Assembly (NCBI GenBank): GCA_965205265.1
Contig: CBDBGH010000003.1
Span: 1,088,001-1,152,000 of the forward strand
Direction: 5' to 3'
Length of the DNA stretch: 64,000 nt
Source: Alphaproteobacteria bacterium
Lineage (GTDB): Bacteria > Pseudomonadota > Alphaproteobacteria > Bin95
Position numbers and translations under genes: made by a program. The notes below the pieces were generated by a model, which did not search any database, was not told the DNA's origin, and worked only from the letters and a program-made list of their open reading frames with translations. Positions 30,075 through 38,331 of this stretch are shown piece after piece; the stretch's first letter is position 1; each line of letters begins with the position of its first letter.

Positions 30075-31436
30075 TTACGCCGATGTCGCTTCCCTGCCGG
30101 GGCGCAGCAGGAATGCGGGGATATGTTCGCCGAAGGCCGTATCCGGACGCGGCGCCTCGTCCGGCGGAGAAACGGCCGTCCGGCGCCGGCGCTCCGTTGC
30201 GGCAGGCGGGGCGGACCGGCGGCGCGGCCTCTCCTCCGGCGCCGGCGCAGCATCCGCAGGAGTCGCCTTGCCGTTGCGGCGGCGGCGCTTCGGTCTGTCG
30301 CCCCAATCGGCAGTCTCGACGGTCTCGAGCTCGCGCCTCGGCACGCCGCGCCCGATCAGCGTCTCGATCTTCTGCGTGTGAAGCGCGTCGTCGGGCTCAG
30401 CGATGGTGATGGCCGTGCCCGCCCGCCCGGCCCGTCCGGTGCGGCCGATGCGGTGCACATAGTCCTCGGCATGGATCGGCACGTCGAAATTCAGGACGTG
30501 GCTGACGCGCGGAATGTCGAGGCCGCGCGCGGCGACATCGGAGGCGACCAGCAGACGAAGCTCGCCCGAGCGGAAGCGCTCCAGCGTCTCCGTGCGCCGG
30601 AATTGCGGCATGTCGCCATGCAGCGCCGAGGCCTCGAAGCCGTGCTTCGTCAGCGACTTGACGAGGATATCGACGTCGCGCTTGCGGTTGCAGAAGATCA
30701 GCCCGTTCTCGATGTCCTCGGCGCGCAGGATTTCGCGGAGCGCCGCGCGCTTGTCGTCGCCGGCGACGAGCGCCAGCTGCTGGTCCACGGTCTCCGCCGG
30801 AGAGGCGGGCGGATCGACGGCGATTTCCTTCGGCTCGGTCAGGAACCCGTCCGCCAGCTTGCGGATCTCCGGCGGCATGGTGGCGGAGAAGAACAGCGTC
30901 TGGCGCTTGCGCGGCAACAGGCCCACGATCCGCTCGATATCGGGGATGAAGCCCATGTCCAGCATGCGGTCGGCTTCGTCGATCACGAGCACCTTGACAT
31001 CGCTGAGCAGCACCCGGCCCCGCTCGAAGAGGTCGATCAGCCGGCCGGGCGTGGCGATCAGCACATCGACTCCGCGTCCGAGCGCCTTTTCCTGATCGAC
31101 GAAGCTCTCTCCGCCGATCAGCAGCGCGGTCGTCAGCCGGTGGTATTTGCCGTAGCGCTCGAAGCTCTCGCTCACCTGCGCCGCGAGTTCCCGCGTTGGC
31201 TCCAGAATGAGCGAGCGCGGCATCCGCGCCCGCGCCCGCCCGGACGCGAGCATGTCGATCATCGGCAGGGTGAAACCGGCGGTCTTGCCGGTGCCCGTCT
31301 GTGCGCAACCCAGCACGTCGCGCCCTGTGAGCACGACGGGGATCGCCTGTTCCTGTATCGGCGTCGGCTCGGTGTAACCGGAGTCCTCGACCGCTTTGAG
31401 CGTATCGGCGCTCAACCCAAGATTCTGGAAAGCCAT
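30075..31436 (-). CDS. DEAD/DEAH-box RNA helicase (RhlE-like)
   Basis: Q motif PTPIQ, AQTGTGKT, PTRELA, DEAD, SAT, ARGLD, HRIGRTGR. Confidence 0.96.
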   Translation of the reverse strand: MAFQNLGLSADTLKAVEDSGYTEPTPIQEQAIPVVLTGRDVLGCAQTGTGKTAGFTLPMIDMLASGRARARMPRSLILEPTRELAAQVSESFERYGKYHRLTTALLIGGESFVDQEKALGRGVDVLIATPGRLIDLFERGRVLLSDVKVLVIDEADRMLDMGFIPDIERIVGLLPRKRQTLFFSATMPPEIRKLADGFLTEPKEIAVDPPASPAETVDQQLALVAGDDKRAALREILRAEDIENGLIFCNRKRDVDILVKSLTKHGFEASALHGDMPQFRRTETLERFRSGELRLLVASDVAARGLDIPRVSHVLNFDVPIHAEDYVHRIGRTGRAGRAGTAITIAEPDDALHTQKIETLIGRGVPRRELETVETADWGDRPKRRRRNGKATPADAAPAPEERPRRRSAPPAATERRRRTAVSPPDEAPRPDTAFGEHIPAFLLRPGREATSA

Positions 31437-31480
31437 GCGTTCTGTCGAATTGTCTCTCATCAAATAGATGTTGCTTCTGT

Positions 31481-31508
31481 CTCTTATGTTGAGTCGGCGG
31501 AATGTCAA
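31481..31508 (-). promoter_or_regulatory. Putative sigma70 promoter for the helicase operon
   Basis: TTGACA (31508-31503)-N16-TAAGAG in an AT-richer leader. Confidence 0.45.
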
Positions 31509-31632
31509 GGACTCGCGCCGATTTCCTCCTCTTCGGGTGCGGCTTTCCGGCAAGGCCGAATGTCGCAGAGGCGCTCCGACCCGCCCGGAGAGCGCCATGT
31601 TTCGTCAGGTTCCGCCCGCAGGAGCTTCGGCT

Positions 31633-32580
31633 CTATACGAGGCGGTTGGGCGGGTCGCGGCCCTCGAACAGGGCTTCCAGGCCGGCGATTGCGCGCTCGG
31701 CCATGGCGAGCCTGGTTTCCATCGTCGAGCTGCCGATATGGGGCTGCACATAGATGCGGTCCGCCCTGAGATAGCCGGGATGGATATCCGGCTCGCCGTC
31801 GAAGACGTCGAGGCCGGCGCCGGCCAAACGGCCGCTCTCCACCGCCGCAATGAGCGCCTCGTCATCGACAAGGCTGCCGCGCGCGATATTGACCGCGAGC
31901 GCGCCTTCCGGCAGCCGGGCGATGCGCTCCGCATTCAGCCAGTGCCGGGTCTCGGGAGAGGCGGGGGCGGCAATGACCAGAATGTCGGTGCGGGCCAGGA
32001 ACACCCCCTCATCGGCGAAGAACAGGCCCGCCTCCGGCTCCAGGGGCCGGCGGTTGTGGTAGCCGATCTCCATGTCGAAGGCGCGCGCGCGTCCGGCGAT
32101 CTCGCGCCCGATCCGTCCCATGCCGAAAATGCCGAGCCGCTTGCCGGTCACTTCCGTGCCGATCAGCTGGCACGGCCCCCAGCCCGTCCATCGGCCTTCG
32201 ACGATCAGCGCCTGCCCCTCGCGCGCCCGGCGGGCGGCACCCAGCATCAGCAGCATGGCGTTGTCGGCGACCGCGGCGCTGAGCACATCCGGCGTATAGA
32301 CAACCGGAATTCCCCGCATCTTCAATGCGTTGAGGTCCAGATGTTCATGTCCGACGGAATAGGTCGCCACCGCCTTGAGCGAAGCCGGAAGGCCGGCGAC
32401 GGCGGCGGCGTCCAGACGCTCGCTCGTGTTGATGACCAGCCCGTCCATGTCCTCGCAGGCCGCCGCCACCTCGGCAGGCGACAGTTTGCGGTCATCGACA
32501 TTCCAGACCGTATCGAACGACCGGGCGAACCGGGCCTCCACCGGTTCCGGCAGGCGCCGCGTGACAAAGACCCGTTTCAT
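31633..32580 (-). CDS. D-2-hydroxyacid dehydrogenase (glyoxylate/hydroxypyruvate reductase-like)
   Basis: SVGHEHLD, GMGRIG, NIARG, GLDVF..EP, PHIGS. Confidence 0.93.
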   Translation of the reverse strand: MKRVFVTRRLPEPVEARFARSFDTVWNVDDRKLSPAEVAAACEDMDGLVINTSERLDAAAVAGLPASLKAVATYSVGHEHLDLNALKMRGIPVVYTPDVLSAAVADNAMLLMLGAARRAREGQALIVEGRWTGWGPCQLIGTEVTGKRLGIFGMGRIGREIAGRARAFDMEIGYHNRRPLEPEAGLFFADEGVFLARTDILVIAAPASPETRHWLNAERIARLPEGALAVNIARGSLVDDEALIAAVESGRLAGAGLDVFDGEPDIHPGYLRADRIYVQPHIGSSTMETRLAMAERAIAGLEALFEGRDPPNRLV

Positions 32581-32617
32581 CGCCCGCTCCTTATGCTCCG
32601 GCTTGCCGGCCTGCGCC

Positions 32618-33526
32618 TCAGCCGCCCAGGACTTCGCCGGCTTTCAGCCCCGCCTCGGCCGCGGCGATCTTCCCGACCCCTTCCGGGCGGACCCGGACCG
32701 CGCAAACCGCGCCGCCGGCGGCGGCGATGACGGCGCCGTCTTCGCCGACGGACAGGACCGTGCCGGGCCCGGCCCCGGCCGGGGCTTCCGCGAGGCGCGC
32801 GTCGAATATCTGGAGTTTCGCGCCGTTGCGCAGGGTCCAGGCGCCGGGCTGCGGGTTGCAGCCGCGAATGAGGTTGTAGATTTCGCCGGCGGGGCGGGAC
32901 CAGTCGATCCCGGCGTCCTCCGCCGTGCACCAGCTCTCGTAGGTCGCCTCGGCCTCGTCCTGCGCGAGCTTCGGGGCCTTGCCGTCACGCACCAGATCGA
33001 CGGCTTCCAGCATGGCGTCCACGCCCATCGGGAACAGGCGGTCGAAATAGAGGCTGCCCAGCGTGTCGTCGGGGCCGATGGCGGTTTTCTTCTGCAGCAG
33101 CACGGGGCCGGTATCGAGGCCGTCATCGGGCCAGAAGATGGTGAGGCCGGTTTCCGTGCGGCCCTGGATGATCGGCCAGTTGATCGAACTCGGGCCGCGA
33201 TGCAGCGGCAGCAGGGAAGGGTGGTACTGGATGGTGCCGAGCGTCGGCAGGTCGAGGAATGAGGACGGCACGATCTTCGTCACATAGGCCATGACGCAGA
33301 GGTCCGGCCGGAGCGCCGCGAATTCCTCATGGACCGCCGGATCGCGGAAACTCTTCGGCTGGAAAACGGGCAGGCCGCGCTCGCCGGCGGCGGCCTTCAA
33401 CGGGTCCGGGCGGTCGGGTCTTGCATCGGGGGCGCAATAGACGGCCACGACCTCCTCGCCGCGCGCCGCCAGCGCGTCGAGCACCGCCTTGCCGAATGCC
33501 TGCTGGCCGTTGACAACGATACGCAT
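32618..33526 (-). CDS. Formyltransferase-fold protein resembling the 10-formyl-THF dehydrogenase hydrolase domain
   Basis: GQQAFG, YHPSLLP.HRG.S.INW, IFWPDDGLDTG, DDT..SLY..LFP.G, CNPQPGAW. Confidence 0.85.
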   Translation of the reverse strand: MRIVVNGQQAFGKAVLDALAARGEEVVAVYCAPDARPDRPDPLKAAAGERGLPVFQPKSFRDPAVHEEFAALRPDLCVMAYVTKIVPSSFLDLPTLGTIQYHPSLLPLHRGPSSINWPIIQGRTETGLTIFWPDDGLDTGPVLLQKKTAIGPDDTLGSLYFDRLFPMGVDAMLEAVDLVRDGKAPKLAQDEAEATYESWCTAEDAGIDWSRPAGEIYNLIRGCNPQPGAWTLRNGAKLQIFDARLAEAPAGAGPGTVLSVGEDGAVIAAAGGAVCAVRVRPEGVGKIAAAEAGLKAGEVLGG

Positions 33527-33699
33527 GGGGCTCCCCCTCTTCATCCTGGGCAGGCGCAGTCTAGAGCACAAGCCGTTCGGATTGGACCGCATTTCGGGTC
33601 AGGCGCAACCGAACCGGCAGGCGTTCCGGTTACGGACCGAAACGAGACACGTAAATCCGTTGGTCGGGTGGTATGAAACACAAATTGTTCCAATAATAG

Positions 33700-33750
33700 A
33701 GTAATATTTCTCTATAGAGATTGCATTATCAGAAAGTGTGCTATTATGGG
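33700..33750 (+). promoter_or_regulatory. AT-rich promoter-like island with palindrome
   Basis: TCTCTATAGAGA palindrome (33709-33720), TTGCAT (33721-33726), extended -10 TGcTATTAT (33739-33747). Confidence 0.55.
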
Positions 33751-33786
33751 TCCGATGGAAGCGGCATCCATGGACCGCTTCCCGCC

Positions 33787-33840
33787 CGCGCCGGCGCGGT
33801 TCGCGCGCGGGCGATCAGGCGCGCGAACCGCGCCGGCGCG
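33787..33840. repeat. Perfect 22-bp inverted repeat with a 10-nt loop
   Basis: CGCGCCGGCGCGGTTCGCGCGC (33787-33808) / GCGCGCGAACCGCGCCGGCGCG (33819-33840). Confidence 0.9.
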
Positions 33841-33956
33841 AAACGTGCGCCCGCCCGCGCACAGGCGCCCGCGCAGGATGACGCGCGAATAAGGGTCGCT
33901 CCGGTGCCGGGCCGGTGCGCCGAACGAACGCGAACCGGAACGAAGGAGCCGCACCC

Positions 33957-34070
33957 ATGCCCGTGCTCGACCCGATCCTCTCCCTCTCCTCCCGCCAGGA
34001 AGCCTTCTGCAATCACTACCATGACAAAACACGAGTTAACATGACATTCCGTGACACACCGCAACAGCCC
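33957..34070 (+). pseudogene. Possible remnant of a terminase-small-subunit-like HTH gene followed by 10-bp phased repeats
   Basis: AAGGAG RBS, MPVLDPILSLSSRQEAFCNHY (LxxxQexFcxxY pattern), then ATGACAAAAC/ACGAGTTAAC/ATGACATTCC/GTGACACACC/GCAACAGCCC. Confidence 0.45.
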
Positions 34071-34085
34071 GCCTGTCCAGCCGGC

Positions 34086-34172
34086 GTCGTCCCGGACGGC
34101 GCGGAGCGTCGATCCGGGATCTCAGGCCGCCCGCCCCGGCCGCACAAGGCCCCGGCTCAAGGCCGGGGCGAC
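34086..34172. repeat. REP-like palindrome doublet
   Basis: GTCGTCCCGGA..GATCCGGGATC and GCCCCGGCTCAAGGCCGGGGCGAC. Confidence 0.65.
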
Positions 34173-34333
34173 AGGTTGGGGCTACCCCCGCCTCTGCATG
34201 TCCCCGCCTTCGCGGCGCGCGGCAAGCGGGATGCGGGACGGGGACATCCACCCGGCGGCCGATTCGACCGGGGCGAAACGCGCCGTACAATACGCTTGAC
34301 CGTCTGCGGGGGGCCGCGTAGCAGGCTGGCCCC

Positions 34334-35314
34334 ATGATCGCCTTCACCCTCCGGCGCCTGGTGCAGTCCCTCGTCGTGATCCTGTTCGTGGCGCTGATCG
34401 CGTTTTCCATGTTCCGGTTCGTCGGCGATCCGGTGCACCAGATGGTCGGCATCGAGACGACGCTCGAGGAGCGCGAAGCCCTGCGGGAACGCCTCGGGCT
34501 GAACGATCCCTTCCATGTCCAGTTCGCGCGCTATATCGCCAAAGCCGCACGGCTCGATTTCGGCGTCTCCTACCAGCACAAGAAGCCGGTGACGGACATG
34601 ATCGGCGCGCGCTTCCCGGCGACCTTCGAGCTGGCGATGGTATCGGCCCTGCTGGCGCTCGCGGTCGGCGTGCCGATGGGCGTCTTTACCGGGCTCTACC
34701 GCGACAGCTGGCTCTCCAAGGTCTTCATGGCGGTGTCGCTCGCCGGCATATCGCTGCCGACCTTCCTGATCGGCATTCTGCTGATCTTCGTCTTTTCGGT
34801 GACGCTCGGGGCGATGCCGAGTTTCGGGCGGGGCGAGACCGTCGATCTCGGCGGCTGGACGACCGGACTGCTGACCGCGAGCGGCCTGCAGGCGCTCGTC
34901 ATGCCGGCGGTCACGCTCGGCCTCTTCCAGATGACGCTCATCATGCGCCTCGTGCGCTCGGAAATGCTGGAGGTGCTGCGCACCGATTACATCAAGTTCG
35001 CCCGGGCGCGGGGGCTCTCCAACCGGGCCGTCCATTTCGGCCACGCGCTGAAGAACACGCTGGTGCCGGTCATCACCATCACCGGCCTGCAACTCGGCGG
35101 CATCATCGCCTTTGCGATCATCACCGAGACGGTCTTCCAGTGGCCGGGGATGGGCCTCTTGTTCCTGCAATCCATCCAGACGGTCGATATCCCGATCATG
35201 GCCGCCTACCTCATGCTGATCGCGTTCCTGTTCGTCGCGATCAACCTCGCCGTGGACCTGCTTTACTATGTCGTCGATCCGCGCCTCAGGCTCGACCGGG
35301 GGGCGGCCTGGTGA
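34334..35314 (+). CDS. ABC transporter permease (DppB/OppB-like)
   Basis: GDP, LGLNDP..VQ, RFPAT.EL, DYIKFARARGL, ETVFQWPG.G, DPR. Confidence 0.95.
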   Translation: MIAFTLRRLVQSLVVILFVALIAFSMFRFVGDPVHQMVGIETTLEEREALRERLGLNDPFHVQFARYIAKAARLDFGVSYQHKKPVTDMIGARFPATFELAMVSALLALAVGVPMGVFTGLYRDSWLSKVFMAVSLAGISLPTFLIGILLIFVFSVTLGAMPSFGRGETVDLGGWTTGLLTASGLQALVMPAVTLGLFQMTLIMRLVRSEMLEVLRTDYIKFARARGLSNRAVHFGHALKNTLVPVITITGLQLGGIIAFAIITETVFQWPGMGLLFLQSIQTVDIPIMAAYLMLIAFLFVAINLAVDLLYYVVDPRLRLDRGAAW

Positions 35315-36213
35315 GAGCCTGGCGGGACAGCGACCTCTGGCATTCCTTCACGCGCTCGCAGATTACGGTCGCGGCCGCAGCCATCGCCGGCGTCATGATT
35401 CTCGCGGCCTTTCTGGCGCCGCTCATCGCGCCCCACAACCCGTTCGACCTCGCAAGCCTGGACCTGCTGGATGCGCATATTCCGCCGGTCTGGTCGGAGG
35501 ACGGGGAAACCCGCTTCCTGATCGGCACCGACGACCAGGGCCGCGACCTCCTGTCGGCCATCCTTTACGGCGCGCGCATCTCCATCGGCGTCGGCATCGC
35601 CTCGGTCATTCTCTCGCTGGTGCTCGGCGTCGGGCTCGGCCTCGTCTCCGGCTATGCGGGCGGGCGCATCGACGCCTTCATCATGCGGGTTGCCGACATC
35701 CAGCTCAGCTTCCCCGCCATCCTCATCGCGCTGCTGGTGAACGGCGTGCTGCGCGGCATCCTGCCGAGCGAGCGCCAGGACGAGCTCGCCATCTATGTGC
35801 TGGTGCTCTCCATCGGCATTTCCGGATGGGTGCAATATGCGCGCACGGTGCGCGGCTCCACGCTGGTCGAGAAGAACAAGGAATATGTCCAGGCGGCGCG
35901 GCTGATCGGCATTTCCCCGGCGCGCATCATGGTTCGCCACATCCTTCCCAACGCGATGGGGCCGGTGCTGGTGATTGCGACGATCCACCTCGCGGTTGCG
36001 ATCATCACCGAGGCGACGCTGTCTTTCCTCGGCATCGGCGTGCCGCCCACGGAGCCGTCGCTGGGCACCCTCATCCGCATCGGCAACGACTTCCTGTTCT
36101 CCGGCGAGTGGTGGGTGACGATCTTCCCCGGCGTCACGCTCGCCGTGCTGGTGCTTTCCGTCAACCTGCTCGGCGACTGGCTGCGCGATGCCCTCAACCC
36201 GAAGCTCCGCTGA
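35311..36213 (+). CDS. ABC transporter permease (DppC/OppC-like)
   Basis: GTDDQGRD, YGARIS, EYVQAA..IG, HILPN, LGDWLRDALNP; GTG start overlapping the previous stop. Confidence 0.95.
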   Translation: MRAWRDSDLWHSFTRSQITVAAAAIAGVMILAAFLAPLIAPHNPFDLASLDLLDAHIPPVWSEDGETRFLIGTDDQGRDLLSAILYGARISIGVGIASVILSLVLGVGLGLVSGYAGGRIDAFIMRVADIQLSFPAILIALLVNGVLRGILPSERQDELAIYVLVLSIGISGWVQYARTVRGSTLVEKNKEYVQAARLIGISPARIMVRHILPNAMGPVLVIATIHLAVAIITEATLSFLGIGVPPTEPSLGTLIRIGNDFLFSGEWWVTIFPGVTLAVLVLSVNLLGDWLRDALNPKLR

Positions 36214-37195
36214 CTTCGTCGCCGCAGAGGCGGTCGCGCGGCATTTCGATGTCTCGAAGCCCTGGCTCGCGCGCGCCATCGAGCAGAGCCCGCGCGTATT
36301 CCTGAAGGCGGTGGACGGCGTTTCCTTCGCCGTGGCGAAAGGGGAAACGCTGGCGCTTGTCGGTGAGTCCGGCTGCGGCAAGTCCACCGTCGCGCGGCTC
36401 GTCGTCGGCCTTTACCGCCCGACCTCCGGCCGGGTGCTGTTTGACGGCCTGGAACTGGTGGGGTTGCCTGCGGCCGAGCGCGCGCGCTCCCGGCGGCGGA
36501 TGCAGATGATCTTCCAGGACCCCTATGCCAGCCTCAATCCGCGCTGGCGGGTGCGCGACATCGTGGCCGAGCCGCTGCGCGCCTTCGGGCTCGCGAGCGG
36601 GCGGGCGGAACTGGCCGAACGGGTGGGTGCTCTGCTCGTGCAGGTGGGGCTTTCCCCGGCCGACGGCGAGAAATACCCGCATGAGTTCTCCGGCGGCCAG
36701 CGCCAGCGCATCTCGATTGCGCGCGCGCTTTCCAGCAGTCCGGAATTCCTGGTCTGCGACGAGCCGACTTCAGCGCTCGATGTTTCGGTGCAGGCGCAAA
36801 TCCTGAACCTGATGCGGGACCTCCAGGAGCAGCTAGGCCTCACCTATCTCTTCATCAGCCACAACCTGGCGGCCGTGCGCCATATCTCGGACCGGGTAGG
36901 CGTGATGTATCTCGGGCGCATCGTGGAGATCGCGGACTCCGAAACGCTCTTCTCCACGCCGCGCCACCCCTATACGCAGATGCTGCTGGACGCGATCCCG
37001 GACCTCGCCATGTCGGGCCGCGAGCGCGAGCCGATGGGCGGCGAAGTGCCGAACCCGCTCGATCCGCCCGCCGGCTGCCATTTCCACCCCCGCTGCCCCT
37101 TCGCCAACGCCCGCTGCCGCGCCGAAACGCCGGCCCTGAAGCGACACGGCCCGGCGGAAACTGCTTGTCATGCGGTGGAAGAGGGGCGGATTTAG
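36188..37195 (+). CDS. ABC transporter ATP-binding protein (DppF/OppF-like); start uncertain
   Basis: GESGCGKS, FSGGQRQR, CDEPTSALDVSVQAQ, HPYT, GC.FHPRC. Confidence 0.92.
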   Translation: MPSTRSSADFVAAEAVARHFDVSKPWLARAIEQSPRVFLKAVDGVSFAVAKGETLALVGESGCGKSTVARLVVGLYRPTSGRVLFDGLELVGLPAAERARSRRRMQMIFQDPYASLNPRWRVRDIVAEPLRAFGLASGRAELAERVGALLVQVGLSPADGEKYPHEFSGGQRQRISIARALSSSPEFLVCDEPTSALDVSVQAQILNLMRDLQEQLGLTYLFISHNLAAVRHISDRVGVMYLGRIVEIADSETLFSTPRHPYTQMLLDAIPDLAMSGREREPMGGEVPNPLDPPAGCHFHPRCPFANARCRAETPALKRHGPAETACHAVEEGRI

Positions 37196-37241
37196 GAGAA
37201 TAAGCCGGCGGACGGCTCCGCAGACTTGAGGAGACAGAAGA

Positions 37242-38315
37242 ATGACGGACGGAATCGAAGTATGGGCGCTCAACCTCGATGAAGTATCCAATACCAAGGC
37301 TCTGGAAGCGGTGAACCGGACGGAAACCGAACAGAAACTCGAAGACACGCTGGCCGCCAAACCAGAGATGCTGATGCCGGGCTTAAGGATTGTTGGCCGC
37401 CAGGCATCGACGGAGAGTGGTTATCCCGATCTTCTCGGTTTCGACGGCGACGGCAGGCTGGTCGTATTCGAACTCAAACGCGGTATGCTCACGAGGGACG
37501 CCATAGCGCAGGTCCTCGATTATGGCTCCGATCTCGAATCCCGGACAGAAGAGGAGTTGGCAGAGTATGTCGTCGAATGCTCCGGTAAGCATGGTGTAGA
37601 GAAGATAGAAGACTTTTCGACTTGGTATGGCGGACACTTCGATATACAAGAAGTCAATATCAAGCCGGTCCGTATGGTGTTGGTTGGGCTTGGTGTCGAT
37701 ACAAAAGCGAGACGAATGGTTGAATATCTTCAGAACAAGGAAGTGAATATCGAGCTGATGACATTTCATGGTTTCCAACATGGAGGACAAATGTTACTGA
37801 TAAAGCAAGTTGAGACTCTTGAGATATCTGAAGATGATTCGGAACCGCGGAAGCCTCGAATGAGCAAGGCTGAATATTGGGATCGAATACTCAAATTGGC
37901 AAGAGAACATAATGCTCCACACTTGGAAGAGGCAACTAAAATTTTGACACATGAATCCAAATATTATCATACAAGATATGGAACTACTTTCATAAATCCC
38001 AGTATAGTATTACCGACAAATGTTCCTGCTCGTGCTTCTCACTCTGTTGTTCTGGACGGAAATAGTGATGGGACAATAAAGATTGTATTCTATCCACCAT
38101 CTGTGCATTTGTGTTGGGATGCATTTCAAGAAGTGCGCGATCAACTATCTTTCAAATTCGAGAAACCGCGGAATACGTACCCAACTGACCGGGTTTTGGA
38201 ACAATGGTATTGCCTGTTGGATCACGATGGCTGGCAAAGGCACAAGGAAGCGCTTCAGGATCTGGTCTGGAATGTGCGCAAGGAATGGGACCGGGTCCGG
38301 GAAGAGCGGGCCTGA
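37242..38315 (+). CDS. NucS/DUF91-like PD-(D/E)xK nuclease with an unknown AT-rich C-terminal domain
   Basis: E..LED, IVGRQ, PDLLGFD..G.LVVFELKRG, AQVLDY; GAGGAG RBS; much lower GC than the flanks. Confidence 0.78.
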   Translation: MTDGIEVWALNLDEVSNTKALEAVNRTETEQKLEDTLAAKPEMLMPGLRIVGRQASTESGYPDLLGFDGDGRLVVFELKRGMLTRDAIAQVLDYGSDLESRTEEELAEYVVECSGKHGVEKIEDFSTWYGGHFDIQEVNIKPVRMVLVGLGVDTKARRMVEYLQNKEVNIELMTFHGFQHGGQMLLIKQVETLEISEDDSEPRKPRMSKAEYWDRILKLAREHNAPHLEEATKILTHESKYYHTRYGTTFINPSIVLPTNVPARASHSVVLDGNSDGTIKIVFYPPSVHLCWDAFQEVRDQLSFKFEKPRNTYPTDRVLEQWYCLLDHDGWQRHKEALQDLVWNVRKEWDRVREERA

Positions 38316-38331
38316 AGTCCCGCCCATCCGC

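Noticed and set aside
32618-33526. Canonical fmt
   Set aside because: It lacks GTPxFA and has no adjacent def; the motifs fit the formyl-THF hydrolase-type branch.
33920-33942. Alphaproteobacterial LexA box in the GAAC cluster
   Set aside because: No pair has the GAAC-N7-GAAC spacing.
33957-34337. Intact 126-aa protein coupled to the permease
   Set aside because: Beyond about 21 codons it reads through phased repeats and REP-like palindromes and looks non-coding; treated as a remnant.
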